IMG/VR virus record: IMGVR_UViG_3300030012_001430
Coordinates: 6,156 to 70,155 of that record
DNA length: 64,000 bases
DNA from: a virus
Reading direction: 5' to 3' (one strand)
Shown here: positions 16,605 to 27,127 of the stretch, piece by piece
Numbering within the stretch: the stretch's first letter is position 1
Layout: each line of letters starts with the position of its first letter
Made by a program: the position numbers and the translations under genes
Notes under the pieces: generated by a model
Database searches by the model: none
What the model was told of the DNA's origin: nothing
What the model saw: the letters and a program-made list of their open reading frames with translations, nothing else

Positions 16605-17159
16605 ATGAGTGATTGGACAGAGGTTCTCAAGGTAGTGCCAACCTTTGGTGTAGAAGGGAATGAGGGAGCGATAAATGCTCAGATAGAGCAGTTCCAAGAG
16701 AAGCAGATAACTCCATTCGTTACGAACATAGTTGGCAATCTAAAAATGGGTCAACTTCCGGTGTTCAAGTTGAGGGTTGACAACAACGCTGCTAACAGTG
16801 GTGGTCAAGGAGACACGTTTGTTATTGGTCGAGACCAAATCAGAAGGTTAGGGGGAGACCCAAATAGAATCAAGGCAAAGTTGAAGCAGGTTTTCAACAA
16901 GGCAGGATATAAGGTAAAAGACGCTTTCTTGGGCAAGGACATGACTGTTCAGATTCCAAAAACTATGAAAAACAGGTTTAGCGGAAAAAGTATGACTGAC
17001 CCAAGACAGATGCAAGCCATGCAAGCCCAAAGAGGTTTCATGAACAGACTTAGGCGAACTAAAAGAGGTCTCAATCCAATGAACTTAGTTAGGGACAGAA
17101 GAGCAAGAAGATACATGGAAGATAACCCCAATGCTAGGTCATTACAGGGTTCATTCTAA
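16605..17159 (+). CDS. hypothetical protein (MSDWTEVLK...) with basic C-terminus
   Basis: internal ATG at 16605 gives the shared tag. Confidence 0.7.
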   Translation: MSDWTEVLKVVPTFGVEGNEGAINAQIEQFQEKQITPFVTNIVGNLKMGQLPVFKLRVDNNAANSGGQGDTFVIGRDQIRRLGGDPNRIKAKLKQVFNKAGYKVKDAFLGKDMTVQIPKTMKNRFSGKSMTDPRQMQAMQAQRGFMNRLRRTKRGLNPMNLVRDRRARRYMEDNPNARSLQGSF

Positions 17160-17224
17160 ACTCGTCAACAGAACGATTTTAGAACAATGTTTATTGTCCA
17201 CAGTATATTCAGGAGGTTCAGGTT

Positions 17225-17422
17225 GTGTCATCAGTATACGATTCATCTTGGTTTAATATTCTGCGAAGTGCTGGCGCAGTTACCACAACCTCCGGCGGTA
17301 CACAGGCACTATTCAATGTAAGATTCGGGGGAGGAAAGAAGCGTGGTAAAGGGAAAAAGAAACGTGAAAAAGAAACCCACGACAACCGAACTCGCACCCG
17401 GATTGGACGTAGAGTTTCTTGA
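17225..17422 (+). CDS. small basic protein (SWFNILRS tag)
   Basis: GGAGG upstream; Lys/Arg-rich tail; overlaps the next ORF. Confidence 0.55.
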   Translation: MSSVYDSSWFNILRSAGAVTTTSGGTQALFNVRFGGGKKRGKGKKKREKETHDNRTRTRIGRRVS

Positions 17423-18419
17423 AGAAGTTCCTAACTTTTCTGAGTTGTTAGCATCTTGGACTTCAGAGGCTGGCAAGAGCATTCCGAAAATGCCGCAGAC
17501 CATCTTGGAGTTCGTCAGGAACATGGGAGTCAAATCTAGGAAGAACTCGAAGGGTGAGACTCAAGATGTCAAAGCACCAGCACAGGAATACATCAATAGG
17601 GCAGCAAGTGCAGGTGCTGAAGAGTCCTATACTCCTGAACAAATCGCCGCAGTTAAGGCATTGCGTAATTATCTAGAAAGCAACAAGACTGATTCTTCAA
17701 AGTTAAACCCGCAGAATATCAAGTACAACAGCATTGCTGATTATGATAGGAGCGGTAAGGTTCTAGCACCATTGGATGTTTATGGTGATTACCGAACGAG
17801 GAAGTTCGTTAACTATCAGAAGAGATTCAAGGATAAAACATATGAGCAAGCACCTTCACATTGGATTGCAAAAGAACCCGGACAGGCGAAAGTTCCAGTT
17901 TGGCAAGCACTCTTCGGAGAAAGCCAAGATGATTTATTGGACTTCAAGCACCCTAGTCTCCTTATGATTTGCAATGATGTTCTAGAGGCATTTGAAAGTG
18001 GAAAGGCGAAGGCGAGGAACACTAGGCGAAACCCATTCAACTTGACTGTCAAGAATCCGAAGATGAGAGGAGAGGCAGCAAAGTGGGTCTATGAGAACAT
18101 TCCAACTTTCAAGACATGGTTTGACAGTAAAATCAACAACCCCTCCTACGTCTATCGCACAGGAAACATAAATGCTAAGAAATTGCAGAGGGAAATCCTG
18201 AACACTAAACTTCCATTGAACGATGATGAGTCTAAGAAAATACAGTCTTGGCTACAAACCGACCTCAAGGTGGACTTAGAGGAAGTTTACCTGAAGATTT
18301 CAGTAAGGCAACTTAACAACATGGCAGAAATCGCTGGTTTCAAGAATAAGAAAACAGAAGAGAAGGTAGAAAAGCAGGATTTTTCCGATTGGAGACAGAT
18401 AGTAAAGATGGTGCAGTAA
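17343..18419 (+). CDS. hypothetical protein with C-terminal DWRQIVK tag
   Basis: 358 aa ORF. Confidence 0.75.
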   Translation: MVKGKRNVKKKPTTTELAPGLDVEFLEEVPNFSELLASWTSEAGKSIPKMPQTILEFVRNMGVKSRKNSKGETQDVKAPAQEYINRAASAGAEESYTPEQIAAVKALRNYLESNKTDSSKLNPQNIKYNSIADYDRSGKVLAPLDVYGDYRTRKFVNYQKRFKDKTYEQAPSHWIAKEPGQAKVPVWQALFGESQDDLLDFKHPSLLMICNDVLEAFESGKAKARNTRRNPFNLTVKNPKMRGEAAKWVYENIPTFKTWFDSKINNPSYVYRTGNINAKKLQREILNTKLPLNDDESKKIQSWLQTDLKVDLEEVYLKISVRQLNNMAEIAGFKNKKTEEKVEKQDFSDWRQIVKMVQ

Positions 18420-18513
18420 ATGAGATGTAGAGGAATTGTAAAAGTTGGAGAAGATGATATGGCGATATCGAGTTGTTGCCCATATTGCTACACGAATTGT
18501 GAGAGATGAGTAA

Positions 18514-19170
18514 ATGATTACGAGAAAGCGTTGCCCTTTGTGTATGCATGAGGATAGACCCCAACTTGAGGCTGATTTGGAAGCCATGAGTTACTCGGCA
18601 GACGCTTTAGACCAGCAAATGAACTGGAAAAGTGGCACAACAGCAAAGCATCAGAGGAATCACATGGGCGGATATGTCGATTCTGCGAATCCAAGTTGCA
18701 ATATCTGCTCCAACCCGATGAGAGCAGAGATAGAAGCCCAACTTCATGCCGGGGAAATCACACCTTCTGCTGTTGGAGAGATGGTTGGATGCTCAGATGT
18801 CCAAGTTATGCGTCATATGGAGAAACATCTTCAGCCAATCGTCCAACAATCTGCTGCAAACATGATTGCGGCGAGAGAAGTTGATGAAATTGAGACTTTG
18901 AGCGTGAACGTTCAGAGATTGGAGCAAAAAATTGATACACTTTTTGCTGAAGACTCAACAGACCCGAAATATATCGACTCATTGACGAAATTAGCGAAGG
19001 AAGTTCGTGAGTCTCTGAAGTATTTGCTAGAATTCAAGGGCAAACTGGTGCATAAGAGGCAAGACACTATCATCGTTCATCAGATGCAGGTCATCAAGGA
19101 GGTTCTAGCACAGAACCATCCTGAAGTTTGGTTGGATGTGAGGGACAAGATGCAGGAGAGGATGCAATGA
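18514..19170 (+). CDS. putative terminase small subunit / DNA-binding protein with two Zn-HTH repeats
   Basis: CPLCMH...KHQRNH and CNICSN...RHMEKH repeats, then a coiled coil. Confidence 0.55.
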   Translation: MITRKRCPLCMHEDRPQLEADLEAMSYSADALDQQMNWKSGTTAKHQRNHMGGYVDSANPSCNICSNPMRAEIEAQLHAGEITPSAVGEMVGCSDVQVMRHMEKHLQPIVQQSAANMIAAREVDEIETLSVNVQRLEQKIDTLFAEDSTDPKYIDSLTKLAKEVRESLKYLLEFKGKLVHKRQDTIIVHQMQVIKEVLAQNHPEVWLDVRDKMQERMQ

Positions 19171-19607
19171 GTTGGAAGGACACACTAAACAAGTTCGATA
19201 TTAGGAAATCGAGCCAAATTAGATGGGAGATGAATCCAAGAGATGTTTCTGTATTTCTGAAGAATGCTCCTGATGGAAGAGATAGTGGTGAGACAGTAGG
19301 TAGATGTATCGTAGAAGGTGCGTTTCAGGCTGACGTTAGAACTTGGGGAGTAAAGGGCGTTGGCTCTTACGCTACTAGTGTTGAGTTAGACTTTGAATAC
19401 CTAGTCTATGAAAAGGACACTGGTGACGAACAGGAGATTGTTCCATACGAGATAGAGTTTGATGCCGAAAAGTTGAGCAATAATATGCCAACTTCTGAAT
19501 CAGCATTGAATCCCTCTGATGTCACAATCTACATCGACATGAAGAATCAGAGAGATAAAGAGCAGTTTGAGATTAGTGGAGACTTTGAGTGGCAGGGTTC
19601 GTATTAG
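19167..19607 (+). CDS. hypothetical protein (MSWKDTLNK...)
   Basis: ATG overlaps the previous stop; shared tag. Confidence 0.7.
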   Translation: MSWKDTLNKFDIRKSSQIRWEMNPRDVSVFLKNAPDGRDSGETVGRCIVEGAFQADVRTWGVKGVGSYATSVELDFEYLVYEKDTGDEQEIVPYEIEFDAEKLSNNMPTSESALNPSDVTIYIDMKNQRDKEQFEISGDFEWQGSY

Positions 19608-19616
19608 GTGATTAAA

Positions 19617-21482
19617 ATGAATTGGCAAGACGTTCTCAAGGAAAAGGAAACTGGCCCTAAACCAGTTGAGAAGCCAGTAATGGGAACGTGGGACAAGTCA
19701 GGCAAGAGAGCGAAGTTCCACAAAGACCGAAAGAGGAAGTTGGAGAGGCAGAGAGAATCTGCAAAGACGAAGGATGCAAACCTCTTCGATTTTGGGAAGC
19801 AGGAAGTCAAGGACTTTCCAGTGAAACCGAACACACCGACATTCAAGATTTGGCAAGCAGCCTCGAAAGAAGATAGTTGGGAAGAGTATACGAAAGATGG
19901 ATTGAGTTCCTCCCAAGTTCAAACCGCTCAGAAAGCAAGAAGACTCCTTCAAGGTGAAACTGTAAACATTAGAGGAACAGACTTCAAGTTGAGGGATACC
20001 GATATCTTTCCTAACATTGATGCTATCATCGAAAGACTGAGTAAAATAACACCGAAGAAAACCAGTGCAACTAACAAGAGAGGAAACTTAGACAGGGACA
20101 TCAAGAGTTTCATAGAGAACAAAAAATATGCAGAACTTCTAGAAGTCCTAGAAGGCAGAGGAAAAAATAAGTATGCTGGACAACTAGATGCTAGAAACAA
20201 AAGAGCGAGGAATTTCATACAGTCTAACAAGAGCCTTAGAAGAGCATTGTTATCTGACTCCGAGGATAAGTATCCTGAGATAGCGAAGATAAAGAAAATC
20301 CTGAAGATAGGTGGAGTTCCTCAAGTGGAGATTAGGACAAGCATAAGTGATAGCATAGTTATTGACTACATCAAGAAGATAATGAATGTCGCCAACGTAA
20401 ACAAGAAGTTGCCATTCATCTATGGAGACACTAACTCTAACCTCATTGGAACTGCAAAATACATATTTGCAACTAGGGCAATATCTCCTTCATTGGAGTT
20501 CATACTCAACAACGAAGCGATGAATCAGTCAGCAATACCAACGAGTTACAAGAAGCGTAATCTCGTAGAAGACAGAGGATTGAAGAAAATAATCAACGAA
20601 GTCGTCAGTGGTCCGAGCATCAGTGTAATCTATGACAAGTACAAAGAAGACATCGAGGCATTCTATGGTAGGAAGAACGAGACTCCTGAACAAAGGGAAG
20701 AGAGAATAAAAATCACATCTGACACATCCCCGAAGAAATGGCAGGACATCTCAAGGAAGGGGAACAGAGCAAAGCGGCAGATGTTTGCAGATATAAGAGC
20801 AGACGAAGATGCCAATGCGGAGTTCGAGGAAGCAATGTCCGATGACGAAGGAAACCCCATGACTGAAGAGATAAGGGATGAGTTAGTCGAAGCATTGGAT
20901 GATGAATCTGCAAGCAGGTTCATGAAGGCAATAAAGAAACTTGGAATAAACGATTCCTTCGAGTCGATAGATGATGTCGAGGAAGAGATAGGTGACATCG
21001 ATGATGTCATTGAGGCTCTTAACAATATGAGACTAAGGCGTTCAGACAATACAATGCAAGCACTATCAGCAGATAAGGCCAAACTCACATACTTTGAGAA
21101 TGAGAAGGTAGATGCTTGGTCTGTTCTTGAGGATGTCATTCGTGGAGATGTAGTAGACAACTCAATGACTCCTAACGAAAAGGATGGGACACTAACCCAC
21201 ATAGTAACCACATTGGATAAATTGGGTAAATTGTATGACGCAGGAGACATACAAGAAGACGAGTATGATTTAGCAGACGGAGAAATAACATCCGAGGAGT
21301 TCAAGGAAAGGGTGATTGAACAGTATCCCAAGATAAGGAAGGCTTTCCTCGATGGTGTGAAGGATAGAATGAAGGACATAAGTGCAGAGGGCAAGGCAAT
21401 GGGAATCAAGATACCTAGTCCTGAAGGCGGGTTTGTAGAACCTGCTATTTGGATTCAGATATCACAGGGGGTTAGAGAATGA
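19617..21482 (+). CDS. large charged protein (MNWQDVLK...), putative internal virion protein
   Basis: about 620 aa; basic N-half, acidic C-half; shared tag. Confidence 0.75.
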   Translation: MNWQDVLKEKETGPKPVEKPVMGTWDKSGKRAKFHKDRKRKLERQRESAKTKDANLFDFGKQEVKDFPVKPNTPTFKIWQAASKEDSWEEYTKDGLSSSQVQTAQKARRLLQGETVNIRGTDFKLRDTDIFPNIDAIIERLSKITPKKTSATNKRGNLDRDIKSFIENKKYAELLEVLEGRGKNKYAGQLDARNKRARNFIQSNKSLRRALLSDSEDKYPEIAKIKKILKIGGVPQVEIRTSISDSIVIDYIKKIMNVANVNKKLPFIYGDTNSNLIGTAKYIFATRAISPSLEFILNNEAMNQSAIPTSYKKRNLVEDRGLKKIINEVVSGPSISVIYDKYKEDIEAFYGRKNETPEQREERIKITSDTSPKKWQDISRKGNRAKRQMFADIRADEDANAEFEEAMSDDEGNPMTEEIRDELVEALDDESASRFMKAIKKLGINDSFESIDDVEEEIGDIDDVIEALNNMRLRRSDNTMQALSADKAKLTYFENEKVDAWSVLEDVIRGDVVDNSMTPNEKDGTLTHIVTTLDKLGKLYDAGDIQEDEYDLADGEITSEEFKERVIEQYPKIRKAFLDGVKDRMKDISAEGKAMGIKIPSPEGGFVEPAIWIQISQGVRE

Positions 21483-24439
21483 AACCACAAGTGGATTACA
21501 ATCGAGCCTTTGCCTCGCTGATGGAAGGAGGCGAAGAAGAACTCGATGCATACATGAATCGATTGAACGCTGAACACTTTTGGCCTAATGACAAACCAAA
21601 GGCATCGTTCAATGAAGATGGAACTCCAAAGAAGAAGGCAGGAATGACTAGGAAAGACCCTGAGCAAATGACAACTGAGCAACTGGTCAATGAGATGCAA
21701 GCAAGAGGGCTAGAAGAATACGAGGATAAGAAAGTCAAGGAGAAGAGACCTAAGAAGAATGCAGCAGGTTTCCCTGTTCCAGCACCAAAAGGCACACCTA
21801 AATCACAACAAACTGAGGATGGCTATCTAGCAGAAATAGTCGAAAGCACACAAAGAGTCCCGAAAAAATACTCAGACGAGGAAATGATAAGCCAAATCAA
21901 AGAGGACATGGATGCTGATGATGCTGCTAAACCTGCATCGAAGCAGAAGATTACCGAGAAACTAAAACTCAGGGACATGAAGAAGTTCCCCGATGATGCT
22001 CTCTATGTCTTCCTTCAGCAAAAATCAAACTCAAGAGAAGCAAGCGATATAGCCATCATGCGAGGAAAGTCCCTACAAGGAAGACTCTCTCTAAATGCAG
22101 ATGGAACAAGAAAGAAGACAGCAGCGATAGCAGCAGATGTTCAACAGGAGATACAGGATAAATTTGAGAACTTCAAGAATCTATTGAGAGCAAAGAAGAA
22201 GACTTCAATGCTTGAGGAGTTGATTGCAAGAAGCCTCGACATTGTAAGAGAGGGAACTGAAGCGGATAGAGTTAGGTTGAGTGGGTCTGAAATAGTGAAT
22301 GAGGTAAAGAAAGACCGACAACTATTGGACATACTAGGCATGTTCAAAATTAGAGGAGAGAATTTGGATGAGAGGATTGTCAAGTTCTACTTCGATAGAT
22401 ACCCACCAAAGAAGAAGGTCGGTAGAACAAATAGGGCGTGGAACAACTATGTTGAGAAGAACATATCATTAGGGTTCGATTCTGAGGTTAAGGCTGTTAC
22501 TGCGATACGAGTCCTAGATAATGAGATACCTGAATACCTGATTCCTGTCATGCTTCCATTCAAGAATATGTTGAAGCAGTTGGATGACAAGAAAGAGAGG
22601 GGAGAGGGTCAATATCGAATCTCTGAACTACGAGGCTCTCAGATAATAGGCAGGGTAGACACTAAGGATATCAAGAGGAGAAAGGAGATTTACGATTATT
22701 GGAGTGGTATCAATGACAAGTTCGATGAGTTCCAAAAATCACACGATGCGTTCAAGGATGCAATAGACAAATTGGATAGCAAAACAGAATATTCAAGCGA
22801 GTTGGAGAAACTCTTCGGAGAGTTGAAGGCTGTCAAAACTAATGACTTGAACTATATTAGCCTCTATGATAGAGTAGAGATTGAGGACATAGATAACATA
22901 GAAAGCAAATCAGTGATTCTATTCAAGAATTTCTTGAAGGACATCAATAGATACCCAAAGCAGAATTTCATTGTGCAAGAAGAAGAGTACAAGGATGATG
23001 TCAGTAGGTATGGCGAATTAGTTGAATCATTGGAGGCTCAAGACCAAGAAGAAGAGTTGAAGGATAAAATCAACAATCTCATGAATACCAAGGTAGACCC
23101 ACTTTACGCCTATGCGATAAAGACAGGAAAGGCAGATGAGTTACTCGCAGGAACGTTGGTGAAGAAGCAACTTAACGAAATAAAAAGAAGATTGAAAACT
23201 GGTTTCGTTCTAATAGAGCGAAGCGATTTGATACCTGCCCTAGATAGATACATGAAAGACCTTGAGAGGATGGAGGTCGGTTCTCTCGATAATTTGTATC
23301 TTCCATTGATGAAGGAGATAAAGGGTGGAGAAGAAGATGATAAAGTGCATGAGAGAATAGCCGAGTATCTGAAACTAGTTAACGAGTTCATTGAGTATGG
23401 GTCTGACTTTGAGAGGAGTTCCAAGGGCAGCAGTGTAGGTCTTGGTCAGAGGGAAAGAAAGGACGATGAGGGTAACACCATCAGAGAAGCACGTTCACCT
23501 AGAGTCACATTTGCTAGAGCAGGAGCAGGGAACACCCACCTTAGAGAATTGAAGACACTCGATATGAGTGATAAGTTTGAGAACCTAATAGACAGTATTG
23601 TTGACTTCTTCATTGACCCAAGCGGAAGCAAGTTCAAGCCTTCGGATGAGAAACTAGGTTATATCGTCAAAGTGGGAAGTCGGCCAATTGAAAACATAGC
23701 CCAAGAAACAACAAGGGAAGACAGTCCATTCATGCATGTTCTTAGAATGGAAAGCACAGACTTCAAACTGAGTCTATCACAAATCGAAGAGATACGAGAC
23801 TTCACAAGAGTATTGGTTGGATTGAATGTGGGGTCAAAGCAGAATGAGTTAATGAAGGTAACAAAAAACTTGGCTGACATGATAGATGACATATTTCAGG
23901 GTGAACTCACAGAGATGACAAACACTGAGTTTGGTAATTTCCTGCACAATATTTTCGATGATGCTAAATTAAAGCCGATGCAATTCGGCATTGGAGGCAC
24001 TAAGAAAATGACAAATGAGTGGTCTGAGGAATATGAATCACAGAAACTATACCCATTCGAGTCCATACTCAATCACCTAATAGTCAACAAACCCGAATAC
24101 AAAGACAAGGTGAAGGGGTCAGAAGCACTAATTGGAAACATACAACAGGCAGAGGTAGACCTGAAGATAACCAAGTCTGCTGAACAGTCACTTCTCCTGA
24201 AGGCACATGACGAAATTAGGAAGATGATGGGCAAGCCTGTCTATTACGGCATATCAAACATAGAAAACTACGATGCTGTGTCAGAGGCGATTGATGTTAT
24301 GAACGACAAGTACAAGGTGGATATGACTGCTATGGAAATAGAGAAAGTAGTGAAAGAGATTGACTCTATGCAAAGCATCGGCACGAAGTACGGTATTCCA
24401 CAAGAGGGGGTCTATTTCCTCAAAGCGAACTTTAGGTGA
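21479..24439 (+). CDS. 986 aa helical charged protein, putative internal virion protein
   Basis: long ORF; SAP/LEM-like QMTTEQLVNEMQARGL segment. Confidence 0.8.
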   Translation: MKPQVDYNRAFASLMEGGEEELDAYMNRLNAEHFWPNDKPKASFNEDGTPKKKAGMTRKDPEQMTTEQLVNEMQARGLEEYEDKKVKEKRPKKNAAGFPVPAPKGTPKSQQTEDGYLAEIVESTQRVPKKYSDEEMISQIKEDMDADDAAKPASKQKITEKLKLRDMKKFPDDALYVFLQQKSNSREASDIAIMRGKSLQGRLSLNADGTRKKTAAIAADVQQEIQDKFENFKNLLRAKKKTSMLEELIARSLDIVREGTEADRVRLSGSEIVNEVKKDRQLLDILGMFKIRGENLDERIVKFYFDRYPPKKKVGRTNRAWNNYVEKNISLGFDSEVKAVTAIRVLDNEIPEYLIPVMLPFKNMLKQLDDKKERGEGQYRISELRGSQIIGRVDTKDIKRRKEIYDYWSGINDKFDEFQKSHDAFKDAIDKLDSKTEYSSELEKLFGELKAVKTNDLNYISLYDRVEIEDIDNIESKSVILFKNFLKDINRYPKQNFIVQEEEYKDDVSRYGELVESLEAQDQEEELKDKINNLMNTKVDPLYAYAIKTGKADELLAGTLVKKQLNEIKRRLKTGFVLIERSDLIPALDRYMKDLERMEVGSLDNLYLPLMKEIKGGEEDDKVHERIAEYLKLVNEFIEYGSDFERSSKGSSVGLGQRERKDDEGNTIREARSPRVTFARAGAGNTHLRELKTLDMSDKFENLIDSIVDFFIDPSGSKFKPSDEKLGYIVKVGSRPIENIAQETTREDSPFMHVLRMESTDFKLSLSQIEEIRDFTRVLVGLNVGSKQNELMKVTKNLADMIDDIFQGELTEMTNTEFGNFLHNIFDDAKLKPMQFGIGGTKKMTNEWSEEYESQKLYPFESILNHLIVNKPEYKDKVKGSEALIGNIQQAEVDLKITKSAEQSLLLKAHDEIRKMMGKPVYYGISNIENYDAVSEAIDVMNDKYKVDMTAMEIEKVVKEIDSMQSIGTKYGIPQEGVYFLKANFR

Positions 24440-24443
24440 GGAA

Positions 24444-24929
24444 ATGGCAGATATACAAATCAAGGAAGTGTCGAAGGATGATGCCTTCTTCATGTGGAAC
24501 AGGGACAACCCTGATGACCCATTTGTGAGAAACGCTCCTTCTTGGTATGACTTGGATAATTGGGTTGTCAGAACAAACGATGGTGAGGTCGTTGGTGTTG
24601 CTGGTTATAGTGACAAAGGAGACTACGGAATCTTAGGTGGCCTGAAGGCGAGAGACAGAAATGCACCGAAAGGCGGTGGAAACTGGAAGGCACTCTTGCA
24701 ATATAGAATGGACAAGTTAGCAGGTAAGCCTAAGATTCTAGGGCTTCGGTCTACGAAGATACCACAGCAAACATGGGTTGGTTTGCATAGAAATCTAAAG
24801 TTTCAAACTGAGGACTTGATGGGAATACCCGAAGAGTTAGTCGATAAGTTTCGACAGAGATATGGAGATGATTGGGGAATCAAGAAGAACTTGGGTTGGA
24901 GATTCATTCTCGCTAGGGGGCTAATCTGA
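24444..24929 (+). CDS. GNAT-like protein
   Basis: MADIQIKEVS...GEVVGVAGY...ILGGLK...GNWKALL; AGGTGAGG upstream. Confidence 0.55.
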   Translation: MADIQIKEVSKDDAFFMWNRDNPDDPFVRNAPSWYDLDNWVVRTNDGEVVGVAGYSDKGDYGILGGLKARDRNAPKGGGNWKALLQYRMDKLAGKPKILGLRSTKIPQQTWVGLHRNLKFQTEDLMGIPEELVDKFRQRYGDDWGIKKNLGWRFILARGLI

Positions 24930-25685
24930 TTGAATTGGTTTCACATACTCAAACTAGGAGGAGAGGATTTAGGCGTACCTCCTGAGAAGGATGCGGAGTC
25001 CTATGACGATGCGATAAGAGAAAAGAAAGATTTCTTCCACAACTTGAGAAATGTCGCTACTACTAGACCACATTTTGAATACTCAGCAAAAAAGAAATTT
25101 CAAGGAAATAAAATAGAAGGAAACCTGAAAGGAATTGCACAGGCGATAGGAAATAAAGGGGCAGTTGGAAGATTACACATAGCATTCTCAGACCCATTCA
25201 ATTCAGATTATGTCGTATCGTTTAGAAGGCTTAAACCTGAAGACACCTATACTTCATCTATGCGTCCCTCAAAGTTCAATAGACCTGCAAAACCAAAAGA
25301 CTTGGGAAACACTGATTCAGTGATATTGTTTGATAGTGTTTATTCTACAAGCGATGTCGCTAGACTGAAGAGAGTATTCTCATCACCATTTCAAGCACTA
25401 CTGCCGATTTGGGGAGAGGATGACAAAAGGAGACTCCGTGAGGTCATGGCAGAAAAAAGCCAAACCAATGTAGCAGACGCACTCGAAGAGAGTAGAAAAC
25501 TAAACAGGGAACTAGAGAGTCTTTACAAGAAGAACAAGAACAGAAAAATTACCCCTCAACAAAAAGAGAAGAACTTTGACCGCATTGATGAGATAAAAAA
25601 TCGGTTGCAAAGGCTACGCAGACTTACACAGAGAGGTAAAGGCAGAAGAGACCGACCCACAAACATATTTGGAGGCTCGACATGA
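24930..25685 (+). CDS. hypothetical protein (MNWFHILK...)
   Basis: shared tag; basic coiled-coil tail. Confidence 0.7.
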   Translation: MNWFHILKLGGEDLGVPPEKDAESYDDAIREKKDFFHNLRNVATTRPHFEYSAKKKFQGNKIEGNLKGIAQAIGNKGAVGRLHIAFSDPFNSDYVVSFRRLKPEDTYTSSMRPSKFNRPAKPKDLGNTDSVILFDSVYSTSDVARLKRVFSSPFQALLPIWGEDDKRRLREVMAEKSQTNVADALEESRKLNRELESLYKKNKNRKITPQQKEKNFDRIDEIKNRLQRLRRLTQRGKGRRDRPTNIFGGST

Positions 25686-27118
25686 CTGACATGGAAAATC
25701 TAGATTTCATGTCTTCTATGGACATGGAGTTGTCTAAGACATCCTTTCCATATTTCTTCAAGAATGTACTAGGAATGATGTATCCCGAATACATGAAAGA
25801 GTGGCTAGAGTCTATGGAGAGGACAGACAGGACAGTTATTGTTTGTAGCAGAGACCACGGAAAGTCAGTCTTCATGCATTGTTGGGTTGTATGGAATCTA
25901 ATTTTCCAAGAGCCTCCCTTTCAGATGCTATACATATCATCGAACCAAAAGCAGACACTTGTTCACATGAGGGAAATTGATAGATACTTCAACCATCCAG
26001 CGTTGAAACAATTCAAGCCTAGTCGTGGATGGGCAATTGGGAATATTCAACTTACCAACGGCAATGCGATTCTAGAGCGTTCCGTTGGTTCTCAGATTCG
26101 TGGTCTTCACCCACAGGAGATTATCATTGACGACCCCTTGAAAGAGTTCAGTCTCGCTGGTATTCAGAGAGTAACAGATTGGTTCTTCGGTGACATGATT
26201 CCGACTCTGCATCATACTTCCAAACTCAGGATGATTGGAACGCCGTTTACCTACACTGATATCTTCGCACAATTGGAAGAGAATGAAGCATACACTGTGA
26301 CAAAGTATCCATGTCTCGATGCATTGAACGAACCTCTTTGGCCTGAGCGTTGGGACTATGACGCACTAATGCAAAGAAAGGCTGAGATAGGTTCTCTGAA
26401 GTTTACAAGAGAGTATCTGTGTGTTCCTATCTCCACAGGAACTGCTCTATTCAATCCTGAGTTCATAGAGAAGTGCAAGAACAAGGAGTATGTTCTGAAA
26501 CTTGGAAATAGAAAGGATAAGGGATACAAATACTATGTTGGTGTTGACCCTGCTATCTCGACTGATGGAGACTACAATGTTATCACAGTCCTAGAGGTAG
26601 ATGAGAATAAGAACAAGGCAATCGTCCATGTTGATAGAGCGAAGAACATAGAGTTCAGGGAGAACATCGAGAAGATACGATTGATTGGCAAGGTGTTTGA
26701 GCCGGAGGAGATTCTGTTTGAGACCAACACATTTGCAAAGGCATTTACACAGGAACTGAAGAACATGACAGATTTGAATGTCAGAGACTTCAACACAACG
26801 AGAAAGAAGAAACAGGAGATAATTCTAAATCTTCAAATGAATATTGAGAATCAGAAGATAATCATGCCCTATGGTGACAATGCAAGTAGGAGACTCACTG
26901 GTGCATTAATTGAGGAGTTATCCATGTTCTCGATAACAGCATCAGGGAAGTTTGAGGGAGTTGGCGCACATGACGATTTGGTTATGAGTTTGGCACTTGC
27001 CAATGCTGCTTCACAAGGAACGGGAGGACAGTTTGTTTTACTTGATGACTTGGACATCTTTGATGAACCTACTACTACTCGGCGTAGTGTATCCGGTGTC
27101 ATGGGTATCAACTTTTGA
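25682..27118 (+). CDS. terL: terminase large subunit
   Basis: SRDHGKS Walker A, IIIDD Walker B, IGTP motif III, VGVDPA nuclease motif, HDDLVMSLALA. Confidence 0.95.
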   Translation: MTDMENLDFMSSMDMELSKTSFPYFFKNVLGMMYPEYMKEWLESMERTDRTVIVCSRDHGKSVFMHCWVVWNLIFQEPPFQMLYISSNQKQTLVHMREIDRYFNHPALKQFKPSRGWAIGNIQLTNGNAILERSVGSQIRGLHPQEIIIDDPLKEFSLAGIQRVTDWFFGDMIPTLHHTSKLRMIGTPFTYTDIFAQLEENEAYTVTKYPCLDALNEPLWPERWDYDALMQRKAEIGSLKFTREYLCVPISTGTALFNPEFIEKCKNKEYVLKLGNRKDKGYKYYVGVDPAISTDGDYNVITVLEVDENKNKAIVHVDRAKNIEFRENIEKIRLIGKVFEPEEILFETNTFAKAFTQELKNMTDLNVRDFNTTRKKKQEIILNLQMNIENQKIIMPYGDNASRRLTGALIEELSMFSITASGKFEGVGAHDDLVMSLALANAASQGTGGQFVLLDDLDIFDEPTTTRRSVSGVMGINF

Positions 27119-27127
27119 GGTGAAAGA

